IMG/VR virus record: IMGVR_UViG_3300030104_001024
Span: 1 to 52,739 of that record
Length of the DNA: 52,739 nucleotides
DNA from: a virus
Lineage: Duplodnaviria > Caudoviricetes
Strand: one strand, 5' to 3'
Shown: piece by piece, positions 19,143 to 26,664 of the stretch
Position numbering within the stretch: the first letter of the stretch is position 1
Layout: the number at the start of each line of letters is the position of its first letter
Translations under genes and position numbers: made by a program
The notes under the pieces: model-generated
The model's input: only the letters and a program-made list of their open reading frames with translations
Told to the model about the DNA's origin: nothing
The model's database searches: none

Positions 19143-19823
19143 TTACTTCTCCTTTTTAGCGTATAAGTTATCGAATACTCTCTGGGTGTCCCATACGTAT
19201 TCTGTCTCTTGTTTTGAATGGAACACCCTTTGGCTAGGCATAAAGTCTGGTGCTCCGTTCCCTGTCTCAAACCATGCAGGGTGTGTTACTCGTACTCTAT
19301 TATTAGGCAACGCTACTATGTTACCTGTATAATCTCCTGCTTCCATCAACTCTAACACATGACTTTGCTTGTGTTGAGCAGGGTCGTCAGCTATCTCACT
19401 GTCTGTATAGTCTACAGTGAAATAATACTTCGCAGGGTAGAACTCTCCATCTATCTTGGCTATCCAAGGAGCAGGAGTAGCTCTATTCAAAACGTAGACC
19501 GAATGCTCGTGAGACATACAGTCCCAAGGCTGTGCTACGTATGGTGGTAACTCTTTTGCCCATTTCTCGTAAGGTGTGTCACCAACCAATGCTGTAATGG
19601 GCATTCTCGCCCACATTGCTCCACCGTGTACATTTTCTTCTTCTGTATCGTCTGTCTCACATCCTGTAAATATTACTTGAAAGCTGAGACTTCGGTTCGG
19701 CATACTCGTCACGGCTATTACCATTGCATGAAGAAATTCTCCATGATACTGCGTAAAGTTGCAGGTGTATTCTCGTCTTACCCATGCCTTAAAGTATGGG
19801 ATGTTGCTCTGTAGAAATGCCAC
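19143..19823 (-). CDS. Globular hypothetical protein (candidate protease, see findings)
   Basis: ORF track; GGAMWARMPI, QPWDC, HKQSH, LPNNR motifs. Confidence 0.6.
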   Translation of the reverse strand: MAFLQSNIPYFKAWVRREYTCNFTQYHGEFLHAMVIAVTSMPNRSLSFQVIFTGCETDDTEEENVHGGAMWARMPITALVGDTPYEKWAKELPPYVAQPWDCMSHEHSVYVLNRATPAPWIAKIDGEFYPAKYYFTVDYTDSEIADDPAQHKQSHVLELMEAGDYTGNIVALPNNRVRVTHPAWFETGNGAPDFMPSQRVFHSKQETEYVWDTQRVFDNLYAKKEK

Positions 19824-20349
19824 TTAAACCTCGTTTATTACCAACTATTACTGTTTCCTGCGTGTTGTTCTTATCAAACAGATACCAACTGCAGTTGTCT
19901 TTTCCTGTCATCTTGCTATTAGGTATCCACTTTAGTCTGCCAACACTTACAATCTTCTTTAATCTACTTTGATAAGGTTGACTCTGCTTTGTGTGTATCC
20001 AATCTGCATCAAACAGTAACCACGTTGGAGCTAGATCACTTAGGTGTTCTATGATCTGATGTAGTAATTTTCGCTCCCAAGGTGGGTTGGTAATATAATA
20101 CTCTGGTTTTGAAAAAATGTCAAGTACATTTCTCTTTTCTACACTACTATCTTGCGGTTCTATGTCACTTTGTACCCAACAATCGCCATCTTTATACTTC
20201 ATTAGGAACATTACAAGTTGACCATTACCTGCACACGGCTCTATAAACGTAAATTTTTCTTCCAAGTGGGGTAGAAGTGGTAATATTCCCTCTTCTGGTG
20301 TTGGGTAGAAGTCCCTATCCCTTCTTTGGAACTCGCTTCTTTTTCCCAT
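19789..20349 (-). CDS. DNA amino-methyltransferase (m6A/m4C)
   Basis: DFYPTP, SAM-binding IEPCAGNG, catalytic ITNPPW. Confidence 0.8.
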   Translation of the reverse strand: MGKRSEFQRRDRDFYPTPEEGILPLLPHLEEKFTFIEPCAGNGQLVMFLMKYKDGDCWVQSDIEPQDSSVEKRNVLDIFSKPEYYITNPPWERKLLHQIIEHLSDLAPTWLLFDADWIHTKQSQPYQSRLKKIVSVGRLKWIPNSKMTGKDNCSWYLFDKNNTQETVIVGNKRGLSGISTEQHPIL

Positions 20350-20428
20350 TTGGCTTTTTCTTCTGTACTGCTACTACTGTTAAACTCATTATGGGTACTG
20401 CGGTCACTTTTTTCTTCTTTTTTGTCAT
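20315..20428 (-). CDS. 37-aa very basic peptide
   Basis: Manual: MTKKKKKVTAVPIMSLTVVAVQKKKPNGKKKRVPKKG; ATGA coupling to the upstream gene; fills the gap. Confidence 0.5.
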   Translation of the reverse strand: MTKKKKKVTAVPIMSLTVVAVQKKKPNGKKKRVPKKG

Positions 20429-20646
20429 TTCTTTGCCCTGTTTACCCTTTTACTTACTACTCTTAGGTTAGAACGGCTATTATTTCGTGGGTTTTTGTCT
20501 ATATGGTCTATATCTTTGCCATCACCCTTGCGAACTGCTCCTGTTTTTAGCATTCTGCGTCTAACTTTGTTGCGAGAAGCCCTATTCTTCTTTTCATTGG
20601 GCTTTGCACCGCTAAGTGCGTACTCTCTTTTGTAGTTTCTAACCAC
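20425..20646 (-). CDS. Small HNH-endonuclease-like protein
   Basis: GDGKDIDH...N...NLRVVS...NR. Confidence 0.7.
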   Translation of the reverse strand: MVRNYKREYALSGAKPNEKKNRASRNKVRRRMLKTGAVRKGDGKDIDHIDKNPRNNSRSNLRVVSKRVNRAKK

Positions 20647-20650
20647 TTAA

Positions 20651-21115
20651 TTACTTCTTGCCTTTTAAGTTATTGACTACTTTTACAGGGTTCATGTAAT
20701 TTTTAGTTACACTTCCTCCTCTGCTATAAGTTTTTTTAGGCTTAGGCTTAGGTAAATCAGGTCTTTTCATCATTTCAAATATTTTGAATGTAGGATCATC
20801 CCCTGCGTCTGCTCCACCTTTACCTCTCAATGGGTTTAGTCTAGCATCTGGTTTGGCAGGACCTCCCTTATATTTGTCCTTTGCTTCTTTTACTCTTTCT
20901 TGCATGTCACCTTTCATGTCACCAAATCTAGGTGTTCTAGCGTCTAGCCTTTCTATAGTTGCTGCCCCTACTCCTGCTTTAGTTGCTTTAGAAAAAGCTT
21001 TATCTAGTTTTTTCTCTAACCTGTCAACAGTAGCATCAGCACCTGACTTGATTGCCTGACCAATCTGTTTATTTAAACTGTTTATTTCCTTTATAATGGT
21101 TGTTTTCTCACTCAT
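20651..21115 (-). CDS. Basic hypothetical protein
   Basis: ORF track; Lys-rich; YSRGG near the C-terminus. Confidence 0.55.
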   Translation of the reverse strand: MSEKTTIIKEINSLNKQIGQAIKSGADATVDRLEKKLDKAFSKATKAGVGAATIERLDARTPRFGDMKGDMQERVKEAKDKYKGGPAKPDARLNPLRGKGGADAGDDPTFKIFEMMKRPDLPKPKPKKTYSRGGSVTKNYMNPVKVVNNLKGKK

Positions 21116-21128
21116 CGTTCTTTTCCTC

Positions 21129-21596
21129 TTAGTTTAATTCAAAGTGAGGACCATCAATAAAGGGTCTTCTACCTTGGCTTCGTCTTACGTCTATGTAGTG
21201 GTTCATTGCATCTTCCATTGGACGCTCCCATTCAGCAATATTGTCTATATTCCATGCAGCTCCCCAACGAATTTTTGCACCAGTAATCTTAGCCGCAGCT
21301 TTCATAGCGTCTGCAATGTCATCATACACTGTAAGTTCCCACGATGGATTTTTACCGTCATAAGCCATAAGGTCCACAGCATGTCCAGTGTCATCGTCTT
21401 GCAGAAGGTGTTTGGAGTTCATTGTCTGCGAGCGTTTTGCTTCATACAAACGCTTTTGCTCATCGAATGTACGAACTCCATATATCACTCCGAAGTCCAC
21501 TTTCGTTAGTTTAATGGCTTCTTTAACTGTATCTTGAAGTAGTTCATTTACTCCTGCTAATTTCTTAAAACTCTTTTGTGATAGGTTAAAACCCAT
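21129..21596 (-). CDS. Endolysin, M15-family peptidase
   Basis: G.RT..EQ..L, SKHL, GHAVDL, IRWG, DGPHFEL. Confidence 0.85.
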   Translation of the reverse strand: MGFNLSQKSFKKLAGVNELLQDTVKEAIKLTKVDFGVIYGVRTFDEQKRLYEAKRSQTMNSKHLLQDDDTGHAVDLMAYDGKNPSWELTVYDDIADAMKAAAKITGAKIRWGAAWNIDNIAEWERPMEDAMNHYIDVRRSQGRRPFIDGPHFELN

Positions 21597-21598
21597 GT

Positions 21599-21871
21599 TT
21601 ACGCTCTCCAATCTATAGATCTATGGTACTTCACAGCACCTAACATATCAAACATCTGATTCTTATATAATGTTTGCATTAATAACATATATAACAAAGC
21701 TCTCATTGCTTCCTGAAACCTTTGCTGTAAATCGAGTTGATACTTTTGTGTTACAACCCTATGGGTATTATAACTCGTATCAGGTGTGATTGTCAAGTTA
21801 TTTATTATATTATTAGTCGTATTATACGAATTAGTGTTGTTATACGAGTGCGTTGCTTGTATTGTACTCAT
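21599..21871 (-). CDS. Hypothetical protein with an N/T-rich N-terminus
   Basis: ORF track. Confidence 0.45.
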   Translation of the reverse strand: MSTIQATHSYNNTNSYNTTNNIINNLTITPDTSYNTHRVVTQKYQLDLQQRFQEAMRALLYMLLMQTLYKNQMFDMLGAVKYHRSIDWRA

Positions 21872-21942
21872 AAGAATGTATACACTACAAAGCAGCTAAA
21901 CACAAACATAAAGCAGTGAGTTATTAATGCTTGTCTATTCAT
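21868..21942 (-). CDS. 24-aa hydrophobic peptide in the lysis module
   Basis: Manual: MNRQALITHCFMFVFSCFVVYTFL; ATGA overlaps at both ends. Confidence 0.45.
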   Translation of the reverse strand: MNRQALITHCFMFVFSCFVVYTFL

Positions 21943-22298
21943 TTCTTCTTCTTATTAAAGAATTTACCTGCAGACCTTGTAGCAAAGCTTGCACTTACGA
22001 TAGCTCCTAACGCAATCTGATACCACTGCGGCATACCTGCCAGAGCTTCAAATCCATCTGCTACTACACCCCTACCCCACGATCCACAGAAGCTCAAGAT
22101 AAGAGGAATACTGAATAGCAAAGTTAGCCATTCGTCCTTCCACGAGCTTTGGGATGCCCTCATAGCAGCTAAGTCCCAATCTATCTCACCTGTAGCTTCT
22201 TTCATCTTAATAGTAGCTTCAGCCTTTTGTATGGCTGTCTTACCATCAATGTAGGAAGATGCTAAACTTGTTACTGAACTAAGTAGTGTACCTATCAT
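21939..22298 (-). CDS. Holin-like membrane protein
   Basis: SSWKDEW followed by transmembrane segments, MPQWYQ; upstream of the endolysin. Confidence 0.6.
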   Translation of the reverse strand: MIGTLLSSVTSLASSYIDGKTAIQKAEATIKMKEATGEIDWDLAAMRASQSSWKDEWLTLLFSIPLILSFCGSWGRGVVADGFEALAGMPQWYQIALGAIVSASFATRSAGKFFNKKKK

Positions 22299-22300
22299 TA

Positions 22301-22609
22301 TTAAGAGCCTTTTACCCATTTCTTAGACGGAGACTTTGTTTTGCTTGGACTCCATTTTACTTTATCTGCCCAGTATGCTGCAGACATTTTACCCTTTGCT
22401 ATGTTTTTAGCATGTCTGGATTTAAATGCTTTTCTCTGCCCTACTGTCTGGTTGGTCTTTACTCCTGCTTGACCAAACTTTATCTTTCTTACTTTGTCAC
22501 CAACCTTAGCTAATACAACGTGGGACTTACCACTAGAGTCATTGACTAGACGTTTTGGTTTGTTATAACCAGAAACACCTGCTCGTTTTATTCTTGGGTC
22601 TGCAACCAC
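22301..22609 (-). CDS. Basic protein with FG...F.SRH...SAAYWA...W motif
   Basis: ORF track; K/R-rich. Confidence 0.6.
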   Translation of the reverse strand: MVADPRIKRAGVSGYNKPKRLVNDSSGKSHVVLAKVGDKVRKIKFGQAGVKTNQTVGQRKAFKSRHAKNIAKGKMSAAYWADKVKWSPSKTKSPSKKWVKGS

Positions 22610-22683
22610 TATACGCAGTCGCAGTCATCATGGCACTTCTTGTTCCACAACGCACACCATAGTCTTTTAAAGTATTTTCTCAT
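22609..22683 (-). CDS. 24-aa Cys-rich peptide
   Basis: MRKYFKRLWCALWNKKCHDDCDCV with a GGAGAGG RBS and ATGA coupling. Confidence 0.45.
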   Translation of the reverse strand: MRKYFKRLWCALWNKKCHDDCDCV

Positions 22684-22907
22684 CGTTCTTCCCTCTCCAT
22701 TCTTGTTGGCTCTGACTTCTCCGCATTCATCCATATGGCGAAACTGCCTGTCATCGCTCCTGTAATCACTGATATAAGCCCTGCCTGTTGTGTCGTCAAC
22801 TCTGGCTGACTCAAAGCCCATTCGATACAGCGTATATAAACTCCTGTCATCGTCAGCATCATTAGTCGTGGGAGTATTCTCCATCTATCTAGCATCTCTG
22901 GTGTCAT
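22680..22907 (-). CDS. Two-TM membrane protein (holin-like)
   Basis: LDRWRILPRLMM followed by two hydrophobic helices. Confidence 0.55.
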   Translation of the reverse strand: MTPEMLDRWRILPRLMMLTMTGVYIRCIEWALSQPELTTQQAGLISVITGAMTGSFAIWMNAEKSEPTRMEREER

Positions 22908-23166
22908 ATGAGCAGTAGCCTCTTGGTCTTTCAGGGTCTAAAACGTCATGCTTGTCGAGGTGTCCCTCTAAAAACAAGGCACGTTCTACGTGGTCTAGGG
23001 AGTAAAGGTTTCCAGTCTTTGCATAGATGGCTTGACGGATATAGAAGACATCTGATTTAGGAATATGAAGTCTTTGAGCCTTGTTTGGGTTATTTTCACT
23101 GATAGCTTCGTAGAACTCTTCGAGAACATTATCAGATGAATATAGTTTTACTTTATTTTTACTCAT
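22885..23166 (-). CDS. Hypothetical protein, first gene of the late operon
   Basis: ORF track; downstream of the promoter at 23302-23330. Confidence 0.55.
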   Translation of the reverse strand: MSKNKVKLYSSDNVLEEFYEAISENNPNKAQRLHIPKSDVFYIRQAIYAKTGNLYSLDHVERALFLEGHLDKHDVLDPERPRGYCSYDTRDAR

Positions 23167-23301
23167 TGTCAATAGTTAATTTAGGTAGGAAGGGAATATT
23201 ATTATTATATATGGGGGAGTCTTAACATATTGTTATAACTATTATTATGTATATATTATATATGTTATAACTAGGTGTTTCAACTAAGAAGTCTTAACTT
23301 A

Positions 23302-23330
23302 GTTATACCATGTTTTTCACCTCCTGTCAA
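23302..23330 (-). promoter_or_regulatory. Sigma70-like leftward promoter
   Basis: TTGACA-N17-TATAAC with an extended TGn; shares TATAACTAA with the capsid promoter. Confidence 0.7.
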
Positions 23331-23643
23331 GTCAAAAAAACCACTTCTGTGTATTTGTACATATATACTAACTGGATATGGGGGGGTGTCCCACGCACTA
23401 TCACGCCCCGGAAAAAAGGGTGGGCAAAAATTACCAGAAAATGCGTGTGTATATTTTGGGAATAGTATTTTTAAAAAGCGGTAGGAATATAGGTATAAAT
23501 TATTGATTTATCTACCTTTATAAACTGATTAGTTATTAGTTGAGTCTGAAATATAACCATAAAAAGCGGTATCGTACCGACTCCAATGCAGACTCTAAAA
23601 ATATCTACAAAGGGACACTAGCGACTCCAAATATATCTATTAA

Positions 23644-23772
23644 AAATAAATAGTCTTCATGCAGTCGAAATAAATAGTCTTCATGCAGTCGAAATAAATA
23701 GTCTTCATGCAGTCGAAATAAATAGTCTTCATGCAGTCGAAATAAATAGTCTTCATGCAGTCGAAATAAATA
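23644..23772. repeat. Perfect 24-bp tandem repeat, 5 copies plus 9 bp
   Basis: (AAATAAATAGTCTTCATGCAGTCG)x5 then AAATAAATA. Confidence 0.97.
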
Positions 23773-23785
23773 ATTTATAAAAAAC

Positions 23786-23814
23786 TAGACTTTATTGTTA
23801 ATTTTTGAGAGAAT
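23786..23814 (+). promoter_or_regulatory. Possible early promoter
   Basis: TAGACT-N17-GAGAAT right after the tandem array. Confidence 0.4.
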
Positions 23815-23875
23815 GGTTGAAACAAACCAGATTCTCCTATTTTTGGCGAATCACTAAATATAAGGAAACGTAAAA

Positions 23876-24313
23876 ATGAATATAACAACTACACAAATAA
23901 ACACCGCAATTTCTACCGCTACTATTAACGGAAATTTCAATTCAGATCTTATTGAGAATGTAAAACTTAAAAAATTAGCTATTCAAGAATACATAAACCG
24001 CATTGCGGAATCTGGTGAGTCTTCTGTTTTAAATGATTATCAAAAACCTATTGAATCCCAAACTGCGACTCCGCTTGACTCTTCTACTGTTATTATTGGA
24101 GGTAAAACCGCTTTGATTATTGAGAAAAGTCAAGATTACATTTTAGCAAAATTTGATAGTCCTACTTTTTCCGATAAGGCATATTTTACAATATCATATG
24201 TTGAGGGGAAATATATAGATGAAGAAAACAAAGGTATATCATTTTTTAGCGGTCATTACGATCTTGACCTAACAACCGCTATTAATGATTTTAATAAAAG
24301 AATTGGTAAGTAA
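23876..24313 (+). CDS. Early hypothetical protein
   Basis: ORF track; TAAGGA RBS. Confidence 0.6.
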   Translation: MNITTTQINTAISTATINGNFNSDLIENVKLKKLAIQEYINRIAESGESSVLNDYQKPIESQTATPLDSSTVIIGGKTALIIEKSQDYILAKFDSPTFSDKAYFTISYVEGKYIDEENKGISFFSGHYDLDLTTAINDFNKRIGK

Positions 24314-24364
24314 AGATTATTCGAGTTTAACAAAAACCGCATATAAACCATATTGGAGGTAAAC

Positions 24365-24712
24365 ATGCAAAATTTAGACATAAACGCAATTCACAATAAA
24401 GAAGTTAAAAATCTTATTGAAGTAAGAAATAATACTTCAGATTTGGCAAAATTCATTTTTGATTTTTTAGAATTAAAAGGCATTGAACCATACAGAGTCC
24501 GCATTAATGACAAGACTCAAGAAGACTCTATTTACCTAACTTCTGGCGGTAAATCAAAGGAGGGATTTCTAGTTGTAAGAATTGGAAACCGAGTCAATTA
24601 CTACGCAAACTATTCCAGAAATGGCGGTACTAGAACTTATGATTATCTAGTACAGAAACAGCGCAAGTTGACGAATGGAAAGAGAATAACAACTGTTATC
24701 ACTCAACAATAA
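24365..24712 (+). CDS. Early hypothetical protein
   Basis: GGAGGT RBS before the ATG at 24365. Confidence 0.6.
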   Translation: MQNLDINAIHNKEVKNLIEVRNNTSDLAKFIFDFLELKGIEPYRVRINDKTQEDSIYLTSGGKSKEGFLVVRIGNRVNYYANYSRNGGTRTYDYLVQKQRKLTNGKRITTVITQQ

Positions 24713-24722
24713 ATTTAAACAA

Positions 24723-24751
24723 GCGGAGTCTGGTGCAATGCTAGACTCCGC
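24723..24751. other. Intergenic hairpin with a GAGTC/GACTC stem
   Basis: GCGGAGTCTGG-tgcaatg-CTAGACTCCGC; no U-tract on the plus strand. Confidence 0.7.
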
Positions 24752-24777
24752 CAATAATAAAAAATGAGGAAACAAAA

Positions 24778-25026
24778 ATGTTAAATAAAAATATTTGTAA
24801 AACTTGTTATTCTTACAATCCAAGAATTAAGTTTATAACAGACTCAAGAAAAGTTTGTTTTTATAATGATGAATATAATATTGATTGTATGGTTGATTAT
24901 AAAAAATATGATTATCACGATATGACCAATAACAAAATAAAAGCTTATTGTTTAGACACTCAACAAAACATTATTATTAATGGCAGTTTGTTCAATGTCT
25001 CTGAAACTTGGAGGATTCAAAAATGA
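24778..25026 (+). CDS. Early hypothetical protein
   Basis: ORF track; GAGG RBS; CxxC. Confidence 0.55.
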   Translation: MLNKNICKTCYSYNPRIKFITDSRKVCFYNDEYNIDCMVDYKKYDYHDMTNNKIKAYCLDTQQNIIINGSLFNVSETWRIQK

Positions 25027-25118
25027 TTATTGAAACAATAAAATGTATTATCTTTGTAGTTATACCTACTAGCATATTACTTTTAATACCAGAACAACCG
25101 CTATTAATTGGAGTTTAA
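25023..25118 (+). CDS. 31-aa membrane peptide
   Basis: Manual: MIIETIKCIIFVVIPTSILLLIPEQPLLIGV; GGAGG RBS. Confidence 0.5.
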   Translation: MIIETIKCIIFVVIPTSILLLIPEQPLLIGV

Positions 25119-25121
25119 ACA

Positions 25122-25307
25122 ATGGAATATTTTTTTAATAACTTAGATTCTTATCTTTTAATTTATGCAACCATAATTACAGTAATGATTTTATTTATGA
25201 TTATATTTGTGATTGTTGATTATATTAAATTAATGACTCCATTTTGGGAAATAGAAAAAAGATATAAAAAAGAATTAGAACAACTTAGAAAAACAAGGAG
25301 TCTATAA
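25122..25307 (+). CDS. Single-TM membrane protein
   Basis: ORF track; GGAG RBS. Confidence 0.55.
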   Translation: MEYFFNNLDSYLLIYATIITVMILFMIIFVIVDYIKLMTPFWEIEKRYKKELEQLRKTRSL

Positions 25308-26029
25308 TGCCTTTAGATAATACAACATTAAATAATTTCTATATAAAACATAATGTAAATTTAGATTTTTATGAATGGTTAGAAAAAAAAGGTAGAAAGA
25401 TATTTGAGAAAATCGGATTCTTAAAGGTTCATATTTCAAAAGGTTCTGGCAAGCTATTAGATATAGATTCTATCTCAACTAATACTTTAACGAATGAATT
25501 TTGTAAAAAACAACATACCAAACAAACTGATACAATCTGTAAAAATTGTTATTCATTCGCTTTGTTGTTAGGTATGCGCAAAAATATGCAAGAATGTTTA
25601 GAAAGAAATTCGCAACTATTAAGCGAGTCATTACTACCAGAGTCAGTATTACCATTAATAATGCAAAAATATTTAAGAATTGCGAGTCATGGTGAAAATA
25701 TAAATATGACACACGTCATGAATATTTTTAATATTATACACAAGAATCCTACAACAATATTTGCTTATTGGACAAAAAGAACCGATTTAATAAATGAATA
25801 TTTTAGACATTTTGAAAAACCTAGTAATGTAATTATGGTTTATTCGAATCCTAAAAAGAATCATATATTGAAAAAGATTCCGAAAAACTTTAACAAGGTT
25901 TTTAATAACGTACATAAAGACAAGTTTATTGAACAACAAAACTGTACAGGTCAAAAATGTAGAGATTGTTTAGCTTGTTATAATTTTAATACAGAGAATA
26001 TTATAGTTGAAAAGGTCAAAAATTATTAA
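25307..26029 (+). CDS. GP88-like Cys-rich (radical-SAM-like) protein
   Basis: C..(x11)..CxxCY, LRIASHGE, YWTKR, C-terminal CxxxxCxxCxxCY. Confidence 0.6.
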   Translation: MPLDNTTLNNFYIKHNVNLDFYEWLEKKGRKIFEKIGFLKVHISKGSGKLLDIDSISTNTLTNEFCKKQHTKQTDTICKNCYSFALLLGMRKNMQECLERNSQLLSESLLPESVLPLIMQKYLRIASHGENINMTHVMNIFNIIHKNPTTIFAYWTKRTDLINEYFRHFEKPSNVIMVYSNPKKNHILKKIPKNFNKVFNNVHKDKFIEQQNCTGQKCRDCLACYNFNTENIIVEKVKNY

Positions 26030-26049
26030 GAGTCGTTTCCTCCAAACTA

Positions 26050-26090
26050 GGCGAGTCGATAACCACCAAGACTCGCCACTTTTTTTCTTC
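26050..26090 (+). terminator. Intrinsic terminator ending the first early operon
   Basis: GGCGAGTC...GACTCGCC stem followed by a T-run. Confidence 0.75.
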
Positions 26091-26108
26091 TGAAAAAATT
26101 TGAGAGGT

Positions 26109-26205
26109 TTACTATCATCATGGATAGGGTAGGGTGCGACTTGGAAAGTTTGATAAAAACAAAAATTATGGCAAATTACTATCATAAGATAGGGTAGGGT
26201 AGGGT
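26109..26205. repeat. Direct repeat TTACTATCAT-N-GAT(AGGGT)n
   Basis: Copies at 26109 (two AGGGT units) and 26176 (three AGGGT units). Confidence 0.85.
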
Positions 26206-26219
26206 TCGAGAAATAAAAC

Positions 26220-26249
26220 TTGACCGAATCATTTAAAGTAGAGTAAAAC
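26220..26249 (+). promoter_or_regulatory. Possible promoter for the second early operon
   Basis: TTGACC-N18-TAAAAC with GAATC abutting the -35 element. Confidence 0.4.
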
Positions 26250-26283
26250 TAATTATAGATAATTTATTATAGGAGCAAAACAA

Positions 26284-26664
26284 ATGCTAGACAGACCAGA
26301 AATAAAAAACATGAGAAAAGAACTTGAACAACTACTAAACAAGTATAGTTCTGAAATAACCAAGTATGACATAGAATTGATGCAGGGTGGTTCATTCACA
26401 GAAACAGAAATGACCTTTAAGTTAGCTATGCGGTTAAAGGGTGGTGAAAGTCAATTACAAGTTGACCTAATACGTTTCTCGGCTCTTGACAATGTAGACA
26501 CCACCAAGATTGCAGACATACGAGGTACTAAATATAGTCTTGTAGGGTATAAAAGATCAGCTAGAGTTAGACCATACATTGCACAAAATTTACAAGACAA
26601 CAAACATTATGTATTTACCGAAGAACAAGCTAAAGAGCATTTTGGCAAGGGAGAGGTAGCATAA
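26284..26664 (+). CDS. Hypothetical protein
   Basis: ORF track; AGGAG RBS. Confidence 0.6.
   Translation: MLDRPEIKNMRKELEQLLNKYSSEITKYDIELMQGGSFTETEMTFKLAMRLKGGESQLQVDLIRFSALDNVDTTKIADIRGTKYSLVGYKRSARVRPYIAQNLQDNKHYVFTEEQAKEHFGKGEVA

Noticed and set aside
19142-19270. N-terminal extension of ORF 18842..19270
   Set aside because: Lies within the upstream gene; a strong RBS supports the ATG at 19141.
1753-22513. Plus-strand ORFs opposite structural genes (e.g. 2685..3164, 5310..5954, 17206..17733)
   Set aside because: Antisense shadows of well-supported minus-strand genes, with no motifs.
22684-22884. N-terminal part of ORF 22609..22884
   Set aside because: Overlaps the two-TM gene out of frame; only the last 24 codons have an RBS and coupling.
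23275-23484. 69-aa ORF in the divergence region
   Set aside because: Crosses the promoter and G-run, has no good RBS, and looks non-coding.
23644-23772. CRISPR array
   Set aside because: Units are contiguous and identical with no spacers, and there are no cas genes.
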